This document shows, one piece after another, positions 61,349-63,487 of a stretch of DNA of 63,487 nucleotides. The position numbers and the translations under genes are program-made. Positions within the stretch are counted from its first letter, which is position 1. Each line of letters begins with the position of its first letter. Below the pieces are notes generated by a model. The model was not told where the DNA came from. It searched no databases and saw only the letters and a program-made list of their open reading frames with translations. Origin of the DNA: an uncultured bacterium (lineage in GTDB: Bacteria > Acidobacteriota > Thermoanaerobaculia > Multivoradales > JAHEKO01); contig CAJQNK010000066.1 of the NCBI GenBank assembly GCA_905479655.1, positions 1-63,487 on the forward strand, in the 5' to 3' direction.

Positions 61349-62257
61349 ATGAGAGCGCTGGAGTCACTGACCTCCCGCCGACTCGTGCTGGTGACCGGCA
61401 AGGGCGGCGTGGGGAAGAGCGTCCTCTCGGCTGCCGTGGGCCTGAGCCTGCATCGCCGCGGGAGGCGGATTCTCGTGGTCGAGGTCGACCCTCGGGAGAG
61501 CGTCCACCAGATGCTCGGGCTGGAGCCCTCGGGTGGCGATCTCCTCACCGTCGAGGAAGGGCTCCACCTGCAGAATCTCCAGCCGCGCACGGTGCTGGAC
61601 CGGCTCGTCTCGGATCAGGTGCGCTTCGAGTGGCTGGCCGAGCGCGTGCGTCGAAGCCCCGTCTACCACCACTTCGTGGAGGGCGCCCCGGGTCTCAAGG
61701 AGCTGGCCGTCCTGGGCCACTGCCTGTTGCTGGTGAAGGGCGAAATGGAGGGCGCGCCGGAGATCGACACGGTCGTTCTCGACGCTCCGGCCACGGGCCA
61801 CGGCGTCTCGCTCCTGGCCGCTCCGAGCCTCGTCTCGGAGGTGATCCGGCACGGGCCGTTCGGTCGCATGAGCGGGGAGCTGGCGCAGTTCGTGAGCGAC
61901 CCGGAGGAGGCCGGTGTCGTCGTGGTCACCCTGGCCGAGGAGATGCCGGTGACCGAGGCTCTCGAGCTCCGGTCGATGCTGCTCGAGAAGGCCGGTCGCG
62001 CGCCGGAGCTCCTGGTGGTCAACGGGCTGTACCCGGCCGTGCCCAAGGGGGCGAGACCGGACAGCTCCGGCATCGACCGGCTGTGGCGGGACCGCCGGCG
62101 GGTCAACGAGCGGGAGCTGTCGCGCCTCACCGAGGCGTGGCCCGGCGAGCAGGTGGAGCTGCCCCAGCTGCCGCTGAGCCGGGGGCCGGAGCTCGTGCAG
62201 GCGCTCGCCGAGCGCCTCGAGCGTCTCTCGGGCGCCGCCGTGGGGGCCGAGGCGTGA
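61349..62257 (+). CDS. ArsA/Get3-related P-loop ATPase, subunit 1 (Rv3679-like)
   Basis: TGKGGVGKS, APGLKE, DAPATGH and LAEEMPV.E motifs. Confidence 0.87.
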   Translation: MRALESLTSRRLVLVTGKGGVGKSVLSAAVGLSLHRRGRRILVVEVDPRESVHQMLGLEPSGGDLLTVEEGLHLQNLQPRTVLDRLVSDQVRFEWLAERVRRSPVYHHFVEGAPGLKELAVLGHCLLLVKGEMEGAPEIDTVVLDAPATGHGVSLLAAPSLVSEVIRHGPFGRMSGELAQFVSDPEEAGVVVVTLAEEMPVTEALELRSMLLEKAGRAPELLVVNGLYPAVPKGARPDSSGIDRLWRDRRRVNERELSRLTEAWPGEQVELPQLPLSRGPELVQALAERLERLSGAAVGAEA

Positions 62258-63351
62258 GCGACGCGCTGCCGCCGCTGGTGGTCGTCGTCGGCGCTGGCGG
62301 CGTGGGCAAGACGACGCTGGCGGCCGCCCTGGGGCTGCGCTCCGCGAAGGCCGGCGACGACACCCTGGTCATGACGTTCGACCCGTCCATGCGCCTCAAG
62401 GACGCCCTCGGCGTCGGCGACGCGGCGCGGGACAACGAGGTCGATGTGGCGGCGGAGACGCCGGCCCGCCTCGCGGCGAGCCTGCTCGACGCCCGGGCGA
62501 CGTTCGACCGGCTGGTCACACGGTACTCGCCGGGCGACGAGGCCCGGCAGCGGATCCTGGGGAACCGCTACTACCACCATCTCGCCGGTTCCCTCGCCGG
62601 GATCCTCGAGTACATGGCCGTCGAGCGCCTGTTCGAGGTCGAGGCGTCCGGTCGCTACGACCGTCTGATCCTCGACACGCCGCCCACGCGCCAGGCCCTG
62701 GACTTCCTCGGGGCGCCGGCCCGCATCGTGGGCTTCCTCGACAGCGGCGCCATCAAGCTCGCTCTGCGCTCCTGGTTCGACCGCGACGGGCACCTGAAGC
62801 CGGCCACGAAGTTGGGGGGGCTGGGTCGCCGGTTCGAGCGCTTTCTCGACGAGGTGGTGGGTCTCGACCTGCTGCGCGACATGGCCGAGTTCTTCCAGGC
62901 CTTCGGGCCTCTCTACGACGGCTTCCGCGAACGCGCCCAGCAGGTCGAGGCGCTCCTGCGCTCCCGCCGCACGCTGTTCGTCCTGGTCTCCGGCCCCGGC
63001 GAGGAGGGGATCCCCGACACGCTGTTCTTCGCTCGGCGTCTCACCGAGGCGGGTTACCACCTGGGCCCGATCCTGGTGAACCGGGTCCACGCTTCCGCGG
63101 AGGAGCCGAAGGGCGCGGTGGAGGCCTCGAAGGACCCGCGTGTGCTCGAGGGCCGGCAGCTCCTCTCCTGGCTCCGGGAGAGGGATCGTCGCGGCCTCGA
63201 CGAGCTGCGCTCGCTCATGCCGCCGCCTCGGCAGGTCGTCGAGATCCCCCTGCTCGAAGAGGCGCCGACCGAGCTCGATGCGTTGGAGGGATTGGCCTCG
63301 CTTCTGGACCGAGCCCTGGCCCAGCCCATCCGCGACGGCGCGAAGGCCTAG
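62254..63351 (+). CDS. ArsA/Get3-related P-loop ATPase, subunit 2 (Rv3680-like)
   Basis: GAGGVGKTT, T.DP..RL.DALG, EYMA.E.L and DTPPTRQALDFL motifs; GTGA overlap with subunit 1. Confidence 0.87.
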   Translation: MSDALPPLVVVVGAGGVGKTTLAAALGLRSAKAGDDTLVMTFDPSMRLKDALGVGDAARDNEVDVAAETPARLAASLLDARATFDRLVTRYSPGDEARQRILGNRYYHHLAGSLAGILEYMAVERLFEVEASGRYDRLILDTPPTRQALDFLGAPARIVGFLDSGAIKLALRSWFDRDGHLKPATKLGGLGRRFERFLDEVVGLDLLRDMAEFFQAFGPLYDGFRERAQQVEALLRSRRTLFVLVSGPGEEGIPDTLFFARRLTEAGYHLGPILVNRVHASAEEPKGAVEASKDPRVLEGRQLLSWLRERDRRGLDELRSLMPPPRQVVEIPLLEEAPTELDALEGLASLLDRALAQPIRDGAKA

Positions 63352-63487
63352 ACCAGCGTTTCCGAACTTCGACGACAGTCCGCCCGCGATGCATCTCGGC
63401 TGCCAGCGTTCCGCCTCCTCGACAATGTCCCTGCATTGCCTGCGTCGGCGCGCCTTGGCCCCCGAGCGCCTCCCGTCCGGCCCTTGT

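Overview
A very GC-rich bacterial chromosome segment (roughly 70% G+C by eye), densely coding, with about 45 genes. I found no rRNA, tRNA, CRISPR array, prophage or transposase. The acidobacterial-type VWA protein, CHAT, FG-GAP and BNR proteins and the TonB receptor suggest a diderm, possibly an Acidobacterium (inference only). Main blocks in order: an OprC-like TonB receptor behind a Cys-rich, Pro-tailed leader ORF; tdh-kbl; a group 3b [NiFe]-hydrogenase operon with an embedded cNMP-binding gene and a maturation protease; an ArcE/cDPGS-family enzyme next to an ACP-FAAL-acyltransferase fusion; a stand-alone divergent infC with a likely ATC start; proBA; GH2; SulP/DauA; an LmtA-like methyltransferase; an S10 peptidase; a frameshifted PYP-like pseudogene beside a CHAT protein; a MutS-V/VWA pair; a DHH-like/CPBP fusion with nfeD-SPFH; a TetR-hcrCAB-like molybdoenzyme operon; a pilin and a PilB/GspE ATPase; dnaJ-clpB-hsp20; thiO; and a tandem ArsA-like ATPase pair. 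Non-coding highlights are a two-copy ~160-bp palindromic MITE flanked by CTAG and sitting on stop codons, recurrent 15-bp in-frame micro-duplications, 8-bp GAAGACGC arrays and a TetR-type operator. The best candidates for undescribed biology are the putative metal-sensing leader with the Cys-less OprC-like receptor, the DHH-like/dead-CPBP-NfeD-SPFH module, and the Hcr-like enzyme with Gln at the catalytic Glu position. All family calls come from motif recognition by eye, not database searches.
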